Part shown: in pieces, positions 22,370 through 33,800 of the stretch
Layout of the letters: every line of letters starts with the position of its first letter
How positions within the stretch are numbered: position 1 is the stretch's first letter
Assembly: GCF_001949145.1 (NCBI RefSeq)
Contig: NW_019091357.1
Span: 2,214,114-2,278,113 of the forward strand
Reading direction: 5' to 3'
DNA length: 64,000 bases
Origin: Acanthaster planci
Lineage: Eukaryota
Notes under the pieces: model-generated
The model's database searches: none
What the model saw: only the letters and a program-made list of their open reading frames with translations
Told to the model about the DNA's origin: nothing
Position numbers and translations under genes: made by a program

Positions 22370-22505
22370 CCGTTTGTACACGTGCTGCTGTTTGCTCTGT
22401 TGAAGTTTGGTCATGGCCCGCTGGTAGTTCATGTACTTGTTAGTTTCCTGAGCGAGGTCATCTACGTAGTCCATCAGCAACTCCAAATTCTTCTCCAACA
22501 TGTTC
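22370..22505 (-). CDS. EIF3H: eIF3 subunit H, exon 6 (NMLEKNLELLMDYVDDLAQE...HVYKR)
   Basis: CAG| acceptor at 22506, |GTGAGT donor at 22369. 136 nt, phase-consistent. Confidence 0.95.
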
Positions 22506-22599
22506 CTGGGAATGATAAGAATATTACCAAGGCCTTTCTGAGGTGCGCATGATCTCACCGTATCTGTGATTCAGAGGCGCTGATATGATATCATTGTCC

Positions 22600-22840
22600 C
22601 TGCACACTGGGCTCACAACATCTGAACATTCCTGAAACCATCTCAGCTTTCCGGGGAGTGTACCAGCCTGATGCTGCTGTATCAGGCATCTCACAGGTAC
22701 CCGTTTACTCCTAGGCGGAGAGAGGCATACAGGGGCAAAGTGAATTGCCCAAGATCACAACATGCTGCCACAAGCTGGATTCGAACCCCTGACCCTATGA
22801 TTAGAAGCTACAAACCCTAACCACTAGGCCACATGCCTCC
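22600..22840 (-). mobile_element. tRNA-derived SINE in eIF3h intron 5 (longer copy)
   Basis: Minus strand reads A-box TGGCCTAGTGG, B-box GGTTCGAATCC, CORE-like TGTGATCTTGGGCAATTCACTT, then CTCTCTCCGCCTAGGAGTAAACGGGTACC. Confidence 0.85.
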
Positions 22841-22848
22841 TGTCTGCC

Positions 22849-22989
22849 CTCACAGGTACTCATTTAGTCCTGGGTGGAGAGAGGCACATAAGGGTAAAGT
22901 GACTTTCCCAAGATCATACCATGCTGCCACAAGCTGGATTCGAACCCCCGACCATATTATCAAACCCTAACCACTAGGCCACATGCCCC
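22849..22989 (-). mobile_element. Second, head-only copy of the same SINE, in tandem
   Basis: Repeats 22690..22840. The ATGCTGCCACAAGCTGGATTCGAACCCC and CAAACCCTAACCACTAGGCCACATGCC blocks are identical. Confidence 0.85.
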
Positions 22990-23292
22990 TGCCAATACAG
23001 CATTAAGACAGGGACGTTATGCAATAGAAGACTGGATGATCAGATAGGCACTGTGCACAGGGCCTACAAAAAAATCTGAGGGCCTGCAAATTTCCACAGC
23101 AACCTCAAAACATAAATACCTAAACACGCAAGAGAGTTGTGTTGGCTTCTTAAGAAAATTTGATCTTTGGAAAGCCTCAAACTAGTTACTAACCTTGTCA
23201 TGAAAAGTGACAGTGTAGTGGTTACAAGCACTGTAAAACACTTAATCTAGTCCCGATGCAATGATTTAATACAGTAGGTTGGTCTTATGCAT

Positions 23293-23393
23293 TCATTTGA
23301 GACTGGATCAGGAGAATCGATGCTGATAATGTCTGGGCCGAAGGCGAGGGACGATATCAGCGCCCGTTCACCTGATCCAGTCTTAACAAATGA
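23293..23393. repeat. Inverted repeat/hairpin in eIF3h intron 5, probably part of a non-autonomous DNA element
   Basis: AGACTGGATCAGG...GCTGATA pairs with TATCAGC...CCTGATCCAGTCT around a GGGCCGAAGGCGAGG loop. Confidence 0.7.
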
Positions 23394-23732
23394 CCGGGTA
23401 AGTATACATTTATTCCCTTTTATAAATATCTTCCGAGTCAAACCAGTTTACAAAATTATAATTTTCCAAGGATTTTGTACAACAGTTTCATTTGACCTTT
23501 TTTCAAACACCCCTCTAGACGTGTTATGGCATGTTCCTCCTGAGAGCAGTTGTAAATGATCTCCTTATATGAAGATTGGCGCATAAGCGGCGCATACTGT
23601 CTGAAGTGGCACACGGTCATCAGGTGATTTATCAACTGTTTAAAGGCTGGCCACATGACAGGCTCTCGACCAATAGGAATTTAGGAATGAATGTTAAAAT
23701 AATGTTTTGCCACCCCTTTGTGGGCAACCTAC

Positions 23733-23879
23733 CCTGATGATAAGCTCAAGAAGTTGTCGCCAGTCGGTGGTGCGAGTTCCTTCAGCTCGCAGAGCAGGGT
23801 GTTGACGAGGTAAGAGTTATGGATGACGATGGGAATTTCTTCAAAGACGTTCTCGTAGCACAAACCTGTCTTCTTAAGG
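23733..23879 (-). CDS. EIF3H: eIF3 subunit H, exon 5 (LKKTGLCYENVFEEIPIVIHNSYLVN...LSLSSG)
   Basis: Translated by hand. TTGCAG| acceptor, |GTAGGT donor, 147 nt. FEEIPIVI.NS.L.N motif. Confidence 0.95.
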
Positions 23880-24153
23880 CTGCAAGTAAGAAATAAAGCA
23901 TTTCAGATAACAAAGACCTTCCCTGAAGATGACTTTGCACTTCAGTGAAACATTATCTCTAACAATCTTCAATCTCCAATTTCAAGATGATTTTTACACA
24001 TACCCTGGGAATTAAAGTTAAATCCCCTTGTAAACATAAATTGCAAGGTTTAGGCTCTTACTTACTCAATCCTGACAAAAAAACTTCCTGCAACATCTTG
24101 GTAGATTTTCACAAGGATCTGGGAGGAATAAGGTTGCAGTGAAGCAAACTTAC

Positions 24154-24253
24154 GCATCTGTGGAGAAGTTGTAATCTTTGTAGGATTCCATCGCACTTTT
24201 CGTTAACCTGTACGCCTTCAAGCTGAGCGTCGACTTGGATGTCTTCAGTGGAT
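24154..24253 (-). CDS. EIF3H: eIF3 subunit H, exon 4 (DPLKTSKSTLSLKAYRLT...FSTDA)
   Basis: CTCAG| acceptor, |GTAAGT donor, 100 nt. LSLKAYRLT motif. Confidence 0.95.
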
Positions 24254-24640
24254 CTGAGGAGAAACGAACATAAATATTTAGGTACGAGTTCGCACAAGCT
24301 GGTAGCCTGCCCAGCACTGTCCCCGAGCTACTAATTCAAATTTCCAATGATTCAAAAAATTTGTGGCTACAGCGGTGTCCCTTGTAGGCTATTAGCTGTC
24401 GTAATGGTGGCATTCTCTAATGCCAGTTCATCAAACAAATGTCCATGGAGCAGGCATGTCTTGAGGCCAATTCTATCACCGAATTTAAAAAGGTGAAATT
24501 CGCTGCATTTGAGAATGTGCTCAATTTTTGTAAAAACTCTGAGCGACTGCTTAGTATGGCATTGCACATGGTCGTTCTTGTTTGCTTTGCCCCAAATACG
24601 GAAACAACCTGAGTTAAGCAGATTTGGAAGCCAGGCCTAC

Positions 24641-24808
24641 CGTATATGAGCACCACCGACTCCTCAATAGAATGCTGATAGTTGAACTGCGAGTCCAGCA
24701 GAGCCTTGTTGAGGAATGTGCCATACAGCGTGGACTGGTACCAACCCACGTGGAGGTGATCAATGTTGACGTGACGCAGGTTACGCATCATTTCCATCTG
24801 GTACAAAA
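24641..24808 (-). CDS. EIF3H: eIF3 subunit H, exon 3 (MPN core: [25 protein letters not shown]...EESVVLIY)
   Basis: Diagnostic eIF3h MPN sequence. CAG| acceptor, |GTAGGC donor, 168 nt. Confidence 0.97.
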
Positions 24809-25740
24809 CTGATGAGGGAAATTGTTCACACGAAATAAGTGACGCTGTGCCGCTGTAACTTAAAACTGCACAACGCGTTGCCGACCGTCCCCAGGATTAT
24901 TGGAAGGGGAGATCGACATACATTGGCTTGGGGATCCCAGAAGGGGATCCCCAGACTAGGGGGTTGGGGGCATTTTCCAGCGTTGGGGAGCATGTTCCCA
25001 TGAAAAAAAAAAAATCAAATCCTGCAATCTGGTGCATTTTAAGCACCCCAAAGATAAATAAATCTACGCATCTCAGGCTTGCTTGGATTTCTTACTTTCT
25101 CAGCAAAGGTTTTTTTTTTTCAGAGGAATGCAAAAATGCATCCTTGATGTTAGGCCTAAAGAAAAAAGTCTCCGGTTTCGTCGCCATAGACCTGCCCATT
25201 GCCAAAATAAAGAAGTTCTTTATTTGGTATAAAACGATGTCCAAAAGCTGCCAAACGACTGGTATCCTGCTATTGAGTAATTTTAATGTGTTTTAGATGG
25301 GGTTCAGTTGATTGATATGTACAGTAAAGGAGTCCCTCTAGGCCCCCATACATTTAGCCGGGCACTTTTTTCCAGATGACCTCATTTCTATATTATACAT
25401 TTACACCTGGGAACCAGACAAACGGGGTGGTCTTATTTCCTGTGTACATCTAAAAGCTGAAAATGCTCTTTAATAGTAAATAGTGAGGGGGCCAGGCTAT
25501 GTCAGCATTGGTAGCAGCGGTACATACGCATGCAGTCACGATGGATGTCGCACGTTCCTTCCTCCATGTTTATGCGTACATCATTTCTAGGAACAAAAAA
25601 AGTAAGGGGAAAAAAAACGGGGTGGGGCACCACTTTTTGATCCAGCCCCTGACCAGAAACCGGACCCTTTTTTGGTTTAGCCTTAGGTGATAATCATTTT
25701 CTTGGCAACTTTGTTTCCAGTTTCTATGCCTCTCTCTTAC

Positions 25741-25897
25741 CATCATCAAAGTTCTCCTCATCGGCGTGCTTAGGAAAGGGGAAACAGTTGGTTATCTCCA
25801 GCGTGTCATCTTGGACGAGGCCGAGGAGAACTCCCTGGACCAATTCTCCGGCACTCCCTCCTTCCTCCTCGCAATGCTTGATGATCTTCAAGACAAC
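25741..25897 (-). CDS. EIF3H: eIF3 subunit H, exon 2 ([13 protein letters not shown]...VQGVLLGL...[10 protein letters not shown]...DD)
   Basis: Translated by hand. CAG| acceptor at 25898, |GTAAGA donor at 25740, 157 nt. Confidence 0.97.
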
Positions 25898-26792
25898 CTG
25901 GTGGATATGGAAACGTATTCATTTCCATGAAACAATGCACCATTTTTTGCACTAAACCTGAAAGTCAACAAACTGATATTTTGCCGACATCTGGTCACAC
26001 TTTTTTTTGTTAAAGAGCTGGCACCGAATTGTTATTGCTCAATTCCCCGATGAAAGTGGGCGTGCGGGTGGCCCAGTGGTTGTCAAGTTAACCATGAGAG
26101 CATGCAGTTGCGAGGTGGATTCCAGACTGGGGCAGAGCTGTTAAGTGGTGGTTTCTTTTCCCTATCCAAAAGAGTCCCAACATCTTCTTGGAATGTTTTA
26201 AGTAATATGAGGCTTGTGAAATAAATGGGCCTAGCTTTGCTAAACCAATCACTCTGCCATTATCATCTAAAAAATGTCTAAATGAATGTGGTGAACAGTG
26301 AAAGAAAAGACTTGTGTGGTCATGGTACTCTGTAGACTTTGCTAAAATCCCAAGCATCATGTCCAGGATCATGATCGATTATGACCGGTTGTCATGGTTG
26401 TTGTTGATTAAGATGAGCATTAAGAACATGAAACTTTTTCTCCAATCCTGAATGATTCTATAACGTGTACAACTTTCTTTTTCCGAATAAAATACGCCAA
26501 AGCCCATGTTTCAAAAGAAGAGGTGAAATTGTCACTGATCAATAGCCCACGTTTGATGAAAGCGCGATGGGGCTACAGGCTACAATGCAGCGCAATAGAC
26601 AATTTGTGGAACCAGTCTGGGTACCAGGCTACAAACGGCACGAGAAAATCCACAAACGTCAACCCAGATGGGGTGAATTTTTCCCCAGTCAGAAAACAGA
26701 TCTGTTCTAGATTTTCACACACTTGAAAGCTTATAAAATAAATTATCAATGGTATTAAATTTTTAAGTCATAAATATCAGTTAAACCCTCAC

Positions 26793-26849
26793 CAATCCAT
26801 CAATTTGTACTTTCGCTACAGGTGTATCAAGCGTGCTCGCAGTCGCCAT
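26793..26849 (-). CDS. EIF3H: eIF3 subunit H, exon 1 coding part (MATASTLDTPVAKVQIDGL)
   Basis: CAAGATGGCG start context, VQIDGL motif and |GTGAGG donor. The seven exons sum to 987 nt = 328 aa + stop. Confidence 0.93.
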
Positions 26850-27370
26850 CTTGGTAAGTTGGTAAAAATTGATAAATACTACTAACCAAATTGCTCAAAA
26901 TATGTCAATTTTTATAAAGTATTGTTATTCTAAAAACAAATGAAAATTTCATTGATGAGTAAAGAATATTTAGTTTCCTCATATATCAAGTTCAGGCTTT
27001 TGTGGTCAATTTAACTTCAATCATTAACGAGGTTTATTTTAAACCCTTTTGAAAGAGCCTAAATAAGTAAGGGCCGGCTGCGTCCAAAACTTATGACACG
27101 TGCGGCAAGGAAAGTCACTGGGTCGCGGCTAGTTGGGACCGGTTTAGTTTCGTACTTGCTAACAAGGACTGCTATTTGACAGATCATCAATGGTTACATT
27201 TGTATCGAGGTAAGAGGTGTAATTCTTCCAAAAATATGTCATTTAAATCATCTCCCAATATATCCGAAGTATGCGGAGACGCGTTGACAGTAGTCTTAGC
27301 CGTAGCTCCGAAAACCCAACAAGCATTTGGAATGTCAATTCTGTATAGCGCCCCAACATTACTGCTAGTA

Positions 27371-27854
27371 TAGGGCTGAGTTCTGGCGGCTTGTTCCCGT
27401 ATGTTTGTTCACGAACAGCTCGATTTGTTGTTCTCGGGTCGGCCGCTCGAACGCCGGGAACAAACAACGAGTTACCGATGGTAGTTAGTGACATGCAACA
27501 TGGCGGCGCCCATTATGTAGGCTACGTTATTCGAGAGTTAATGTTTGGATGGGCTGAATTCTTTTCTATATAACAGGATTATTCATTTCTGTGTTACGGA
27601 AAATAATTAATGTTAATTTTTGCAAAACTTCCCATTGTCTTTGGCTTTGAAAGCCATCTCTCTACTTTTTGCAGCTGTTCAAAAATCAAAATCTCACGAG
27701 TTTTTCCGTGTGTTTCTATAAAACCCTGACGAGGAGGTGGTGTGTGATCCTGTTCCGAGAACAGTGTTCTTGGGTCGTGTTCCCGCCGTTCGAGCGAAGA
27801 AAACAAGAGAACAAGAAACCTGTGTCAAGAACAGGCCGCCCGAACTCGACCATA
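27371..27854. mobile_element. Non-autonomous DNA transposon, copy 2, with ~26 bp imperfect TIRs
   Basis: Left end TAGGGCTGAGTTCTGGCGGCTTGTTC; right end reverse-complemented TATGGTCGAGTTCGGGCGGCCTGTTC. Related copy at 7348..7760. Confidence 0.8.
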
Positions 27855-30800
27855 GTTTCCAACCCGAATGTCGGGAAAAATCATCAAACTGACCTTTCTT
27901 AAAGGGAAAATGATGAGAGGCTGTAAATTAAACCGATCATCAAAACGTAGATGCACAATTCAAACTTGATTTTCTGACTCATTTTAAGACACAGTTAACA
28001 AGATAAGCTGGTCCGAAGTTTATGAAACCATTTACGTAGAGTTATCAATCAGAGTGATCTCCTTTGATTAAAATATACTATAAGGCTGAATACCCGTTAT
28101 TCTTAAAGTGCGCCCTCATTGGTATAACGGTGTACATGTTTAGTAAGAAGTGGTCGTTGGCGGCGCAGTAAATAGCGTCCATTCGTGCCGATTGGCACTT
28201 ACCAGAATTGTAGAATCCAAAAATTGGCTAATATTGGGAGTCAGTGAGATTTATTATGTGTAATACTCAAAGGTTTTAAGGGATTCAAAGGAGACTGTTT
28301 ACTGAAAGAAACTGATACCTGACTGTATTGCAATAATAACCAGCCAAATACCAGTTTTTTCGTGATAAAGTATACTTTATAAATACATGTACTTGTTACA
28401 AATTCCTCTAAAAATGATTGTCAAAACACTGTATTTCCGTACTGATAGAAGCTGTACAGCAGTACAGTAGTAATGTGAAATATGATTTAAAATGTTTCAA
28501 ATGATACGTCATCAATTTGACTCAAGGTTCATAGCATTTAGTCCCTATTTTGATTGCAAGAATGGTGTTTTCTCGAGAATTGTGTTTGTATGCATTTTCT
28601 GCAATTTTTGACTTTCCTGTAATCTTTGTAACAAAGTAGCGTAGGAACTGAAAATTAGATTTTTCGCTGAGGGAATATTTTACTTTCCAAACCCCCCCTC
28701 TCCGAGGGATTTCTTAAAGGCTATGGCCGGAAAAATTATTCTCTCGCACCAGGAAAATCCATTTTGTTTTTCATTGTGTTTTTTTTCCCAAGACTTCAAA
28801 TCCATTATATCCTCTCGCCTCTCACGGGCTGTGTTTCAGCATTAGTACATGGACCTCAGCTTGTTTTTTCCACACTTTCCACTTGGTTGTCTCCACCGGC
28901 GTGGCCCCGTCCGTAAGATCGTTCACCCTCTCCCACTGCCACGGATAAACAGATTGTGATAATTTGATGATTACACAAATATTCAATTTGGCGCGCTTTT
29001 ACTGCGGCGTGCGAGTGCGTGTGCGCCCCGTAACACACGGCAATTTCTCAATCTACAGCCCGGTCAGCTCCGCTCCTCGCGCCGCCGTCTTTTTTAATAC
29101 CCCCGCGTGTTCCCTTCGCCGTTCCCTCCACTTCTCCCGTTCCCTAAGACTTGATTATCTTCCTCTGCTCCTCGGACCATCTCCCTCATCCCCCCCTTCC
29201 CCCCCCCCTCTTTTCCCTACACCGTCTCCTTTTTTTTTCGGTCCGAGTGCAGTTTTCACCTGCGGGCACGGAGGATTGCAGCCGGGGCGTTGGGCGCTAT
29301 ACGTACTGCTGTACATATGCACCAGATCCTAATCTTGCTCTGGTTTTAATCTTCAATAAACTTAAGTGATGCAGAATGAGATGTGTTTGTGTGTTGAAGA
29401 TGTGAAGGGAGGAGGGAGGGCCCTGATTCACGCGTCTGTCTTCATCACGGAGGCGTGGCTGTCGCGATCTTCCGAGAGACGGAGGCCTACAGTAAGGGAT
29501 AATTATGCTTTCGATTGGATCATAAATTCTTGTCTTTTCGCGTAAATGGGTACTGTTGATAATTGATGTGAAAAAGGTTTTCGGTATCATTATGAAACTT
29601 GTAGTTGTTTAGTAGTGAGTGGGGTCTGGGACACACAACCAATAACCTCAGAACGAAAAGAGATTTCACCTGGTTCTATAGCGTAAACCATCGCCACATG
29701 GCTACGTCCACCATGCAAACCTTCCGATCACATTTTATACCGACTTGAGTAGGATGGTGAGCTTAAAGTTTCTTGAATTTAAGGACGGTCTTGCAATTTA
29801 ACCGTTGTATTTGCAGTCACTATTTATCATAACGGTGTGTTTTGCGTGAAATCGGGCATTAACTTGGCTGTAATCGACCCTCATTATTGGAAGCCGAGAA
29901 TTTCAGAAAAATGAGGGCGCACTTCGCTGTAACTAGGCAAACGTCATCTATACAGGTTTGCTGGTCTACCAGGGCCGTTCTTTCAGAGCCGAATCGGAGA
30001 ATGGCGTGAGTATCGTCCACCAAAAGGCATTCGTAGTTTGTAACATAATACATCAGCTTCAAACACGAGTTTAAGCAAGCGCCCTCACTTGTCCTGTGTT
30101 AAGACGTTTTTACAAATCCGGCGTAGAAACCCTATTTCGAGAAAAAAGTACCTGGTCAAATACTGAAGTGATTTTTTTTTTCTGTAAAGTTAACAGGCCT
30201 TGCAGTGGTGCTTTTATTCCAAGCCAAATCGGCCCACCTGGAGGCAATTGGACCTATTTTTCGGTTTTGCTTGGGCACGGCTGAAAATGATACAACTTTG
30301 ATCCATTGCCACAGGAGATTGTACTCCAGTTTATGAGTGGCATAAACATGTAGCGTGTAACTTAGCGGACGTCTTCACTCATACCTTCTCTTCAACGTCA
30401 ATAACACGCAGAGATTTTTTTTTTTTAAATAAAAACGAATCGGCAGTTTATCGACCTACAACCGTTCTTCAGCTTGGTTTTGTTTTTTTCGGTTGATTTT
30501 TTTCATGAGCTCCAATCGATGCGATTGGTCGAGAACTTCTAACCGTTTCTCCGCACCAGTCCTGCCCTGGCCAGACCCCGGTTATTTTTTTTTCCCCTAC
30601 ATTTTGGATCTCCCAGGGGGCAGGCAATGTTATCATTCCTGAGCGCGAATGAAGGAGGTTTCCCCTGTCATCAATTGTTGTAAACTAAAACAAATTATAA
30701 CGGCCCCGGTAGCGGGTGGGCAGTGGGCCGTATACGAACGGGATGGCGCGTATCGTGTCTCTTTCCCCCCGCCGCACCGGGAACATCGTACCGGTGTCTA

Positions 30801-33800
30801 TGTTTCCCGTCTACCGTGTGTTCTGTCTTGTGTATGTGTGTGAGTGTGACCGTGTTTGTCCCCTCGAGACCCGCCTGGGGACGGGGTAACGGAATACTGT
30901 TGTTGTTGAGCGTCCTGATGTTTCACCCGCCCTTCTGATGCTACACGGGCCCGGCGGATGCCCCCCCCGCTACCAGACTCAAACACACGCCCGTCTTCTC
31001 TGCTCGCACGAAAATTGTTTGGCAGTTCGTGAAGGCACAAGATGTAGCCACGTTTTCTTTTATTAAATTCTCTTCTTAATTACCACGCAGCTGACTTTGC
31101 GCTATTTGAATGACAAGCCAGTTTCTTCCGTCGGAAAAAAAAGTTTTAATTGAGTTTGAGAGGCGTCGTTTTGTTGATGCGTTGGAGCAACTCTGATCCA
31201 CTCTAGTTTGGATCGTTTTTGGACCCTATTTTTACTTTCTGACGTAGTTGTTTTATAAAGTGGGATATGTAGTTTAACGCCATGACAAGAAAAGCACAGC
31301 CTCTTCGTCCAAAACCACAATATTCTTGGAGAGTCTGGATAGTAAAACTCACATTGGTTATAAGCGGTTCAACAGAAACACTGGTTTTCTCGTGCAACTG
31401 CCAATGCGTCAGCTTAGCTTTACAACTTCTTTTTTCCCTACGTAGTGTACAAAGACCTCATTTCTTTTTGAAAAAAAAAAACCGTCATAAAACAAGACGA
31501 CAGACTTGAACGTCTTCTTCCAAACTTGAAGATTCGGGGTACCTTAAGTTGCGAAATCTTCCGCGCACTGCCCTTGGTGTTCGCTGGTTCGCTGGTGTAA
31601 CATGTTCGTTGGTTTCAGATCCTCGAGTCTGCTATGTGTGCGCGTCTAGCAGTACATTAGTCAACCTGATAGACTGCCATTGTTTCCCTGAGTAGTCGTT
31701 TGCTGGGCACCAGGACACAGGCTGATTGGATAGTCATGACGGCTATTTTACTTAATCAAAGGAGAGGGAGAGATGGATTTCATCTTATTTCCTCTCACTC
31801 TCACTTGGAAATTACTTGTCGCTCTTTGTTGCCATGAGAACCGTTACCGCTTGGCAATACTCGTTTCTTCATTCTTCTGCAGTTAGAGTCGCTAAAAGAA
31901 AAAAAAACCCACAGTGGAATCATTTTCTTCATGTTGCTTTCACTTGTACAGGCAAAAAATATGATGCCCCCAGGGGCTAGTATGGAGTGTCGTTTTCGGC
32001 AAGACGGCAACGGAGGAAATTCAAAACGTGCATTTCTTTAACCGTCTTAATTCGCCCAACAAAAGATGTCGAGTTAAGTTCACTGGGGGCTTGGGGAACG
32101 GCCGCGTTAATTACGGGCCCAATGAAATGAACGTGGCGCGTTAATGTGATTTGGAGCGAGGCCTGTGAGTCTTGCTACAAGAAAGCGAATATCATCTGGT
32201 CGCTTTTTTTGTTTTTGATGTACACCTTGCGGATTCGTTTCAATGGCCGGTACCATGGCAACCCAAACTCCGCAATTTCGAACAAAATTTGAAGTTAATT
32301 CGTTGCGACGCGAGAGCGAGTGGTGGTAGTGGGGACTCCGTACACGCTCTCAAATGTTTGCGCCTTCTTCGATTCGTATATACCGGGGGAAGTAATCACG
32401 AGCCTGGGTCCGTCCTCGCTCGGATCGCGGTACATTTTTTGCCCCATGAACATGCTCCCAATACGAGTGTCGATTTCGTGGTCCGTCACACCTACCGACT
32501 AACGTCAGTGGGGGCGATTATCCTTACCGATTCAAATCGCCTAAAATCTAAACAAATGTTTTGTTCTGGACGCATCTTTCCAATGGTGTACGTCAGGCCC
32601 GATCTCACCATTACTGTGCAATGACCGTGTAGCATGGTAGAAATTCTATATTCCCAGTATGTCCACACATTAACCTACCTCCCACAAACTGGAAGCAAGT
32701 ACGAAAGTTTGGCGCGAAATCCAAACGCCAGCACACGATATTGAAATGTTAATGCCATTGTTGTCTCTACGCAGTTGGACTGCTGAAGATAGCAGTAAGA
32801 TGACAGTAATGACCCTGACAGTGTTACTCTTAAAAGTACAAATTGCCGTCAATGCATCAACCTGAGACTAGGCGCACTCTATACAACATGGACCTGTTAA
32901 GAGATAGTATACATGTTCACACATACATTACAAAGTTGTGTAATTTCCGAGTATTCTGAGAGAGGGACTTAGGAGAAGCGATCGTCAGCCACTACGGCAA
33001 CACTAGCCGCGCGCGTGCGTTTCACCTGGAGTTTCGCCGAGTGCGTCCTGCCGATCACGGCGGGAGGGAAACTCCTGCTGGCCCCGTTCAGCACCGTACC
33101 GCAGCGCGGCACGCCGGATCGGAGCTTTCTACACAAACCCTTGGCGGGAGAGTCATCGGTGTAGGCTCGTATACGTTTGCGACGAGAGTGGTATCATGTC
33201 GCGTCTAAGTGACAGGTTGACAAGACATGAAAATGATCATGTTGCAACTATATTTACTGCTTTCTCTGGGCCAAATGCCCGATCTACCAACCTAGGGGCA
33301 CTGTGGGGGGAAACCATGGTTTCACACCTGGAAATGAATAAATAAAATGATGATAATGACAGTGGAAATTAGTGGCAATTATGATTAGCTGCTCATGATG
33401 GGATATATTTGAGGAGGTAAGTAATGTGTGATTAGCAATATTCTTGTCTTGTTCATCACTGGCTATGAAGTACTAGATTAAGACAGTCATGGTGCATATT
33501 TTTTATGACACTTGACATTCGTTGATTTGATCAAAATTCGTTCACTTTGTAATTTGGCCAAACGGGTTTTTTTTGGGGGGGGGTGTAATGATTGCTGAGT
33601 TAAAACGCGCTGGGTGATTGAGCGTGAGGAAATAAGAAAACTCCGCCAATTTCTGAGATCTTTTTCTCACAGGAAGCTTGGAATAAACTTTTGTTGTCAG
33701 CGAAATGTTTATTGTCGGGTTAGTCTTTTCATAAAGAGAGATTGGGTTGAGTTTTCTTTTTTTTTTCTCCCTGACTTTCTGCACACACGAAATGCAGAGG

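Noticed and set aside
22760..22989. tRNA genes
   Set aside because: A and B boxes are present but there is no cloverleaf or acceptor stem, and a SINE body follows.
26060..26140. Possible degraded SINE head (GGTGGCCCAGTGGTT...GGTGGATTCC)
   Set aside because: Too degenerate to support as a feature.
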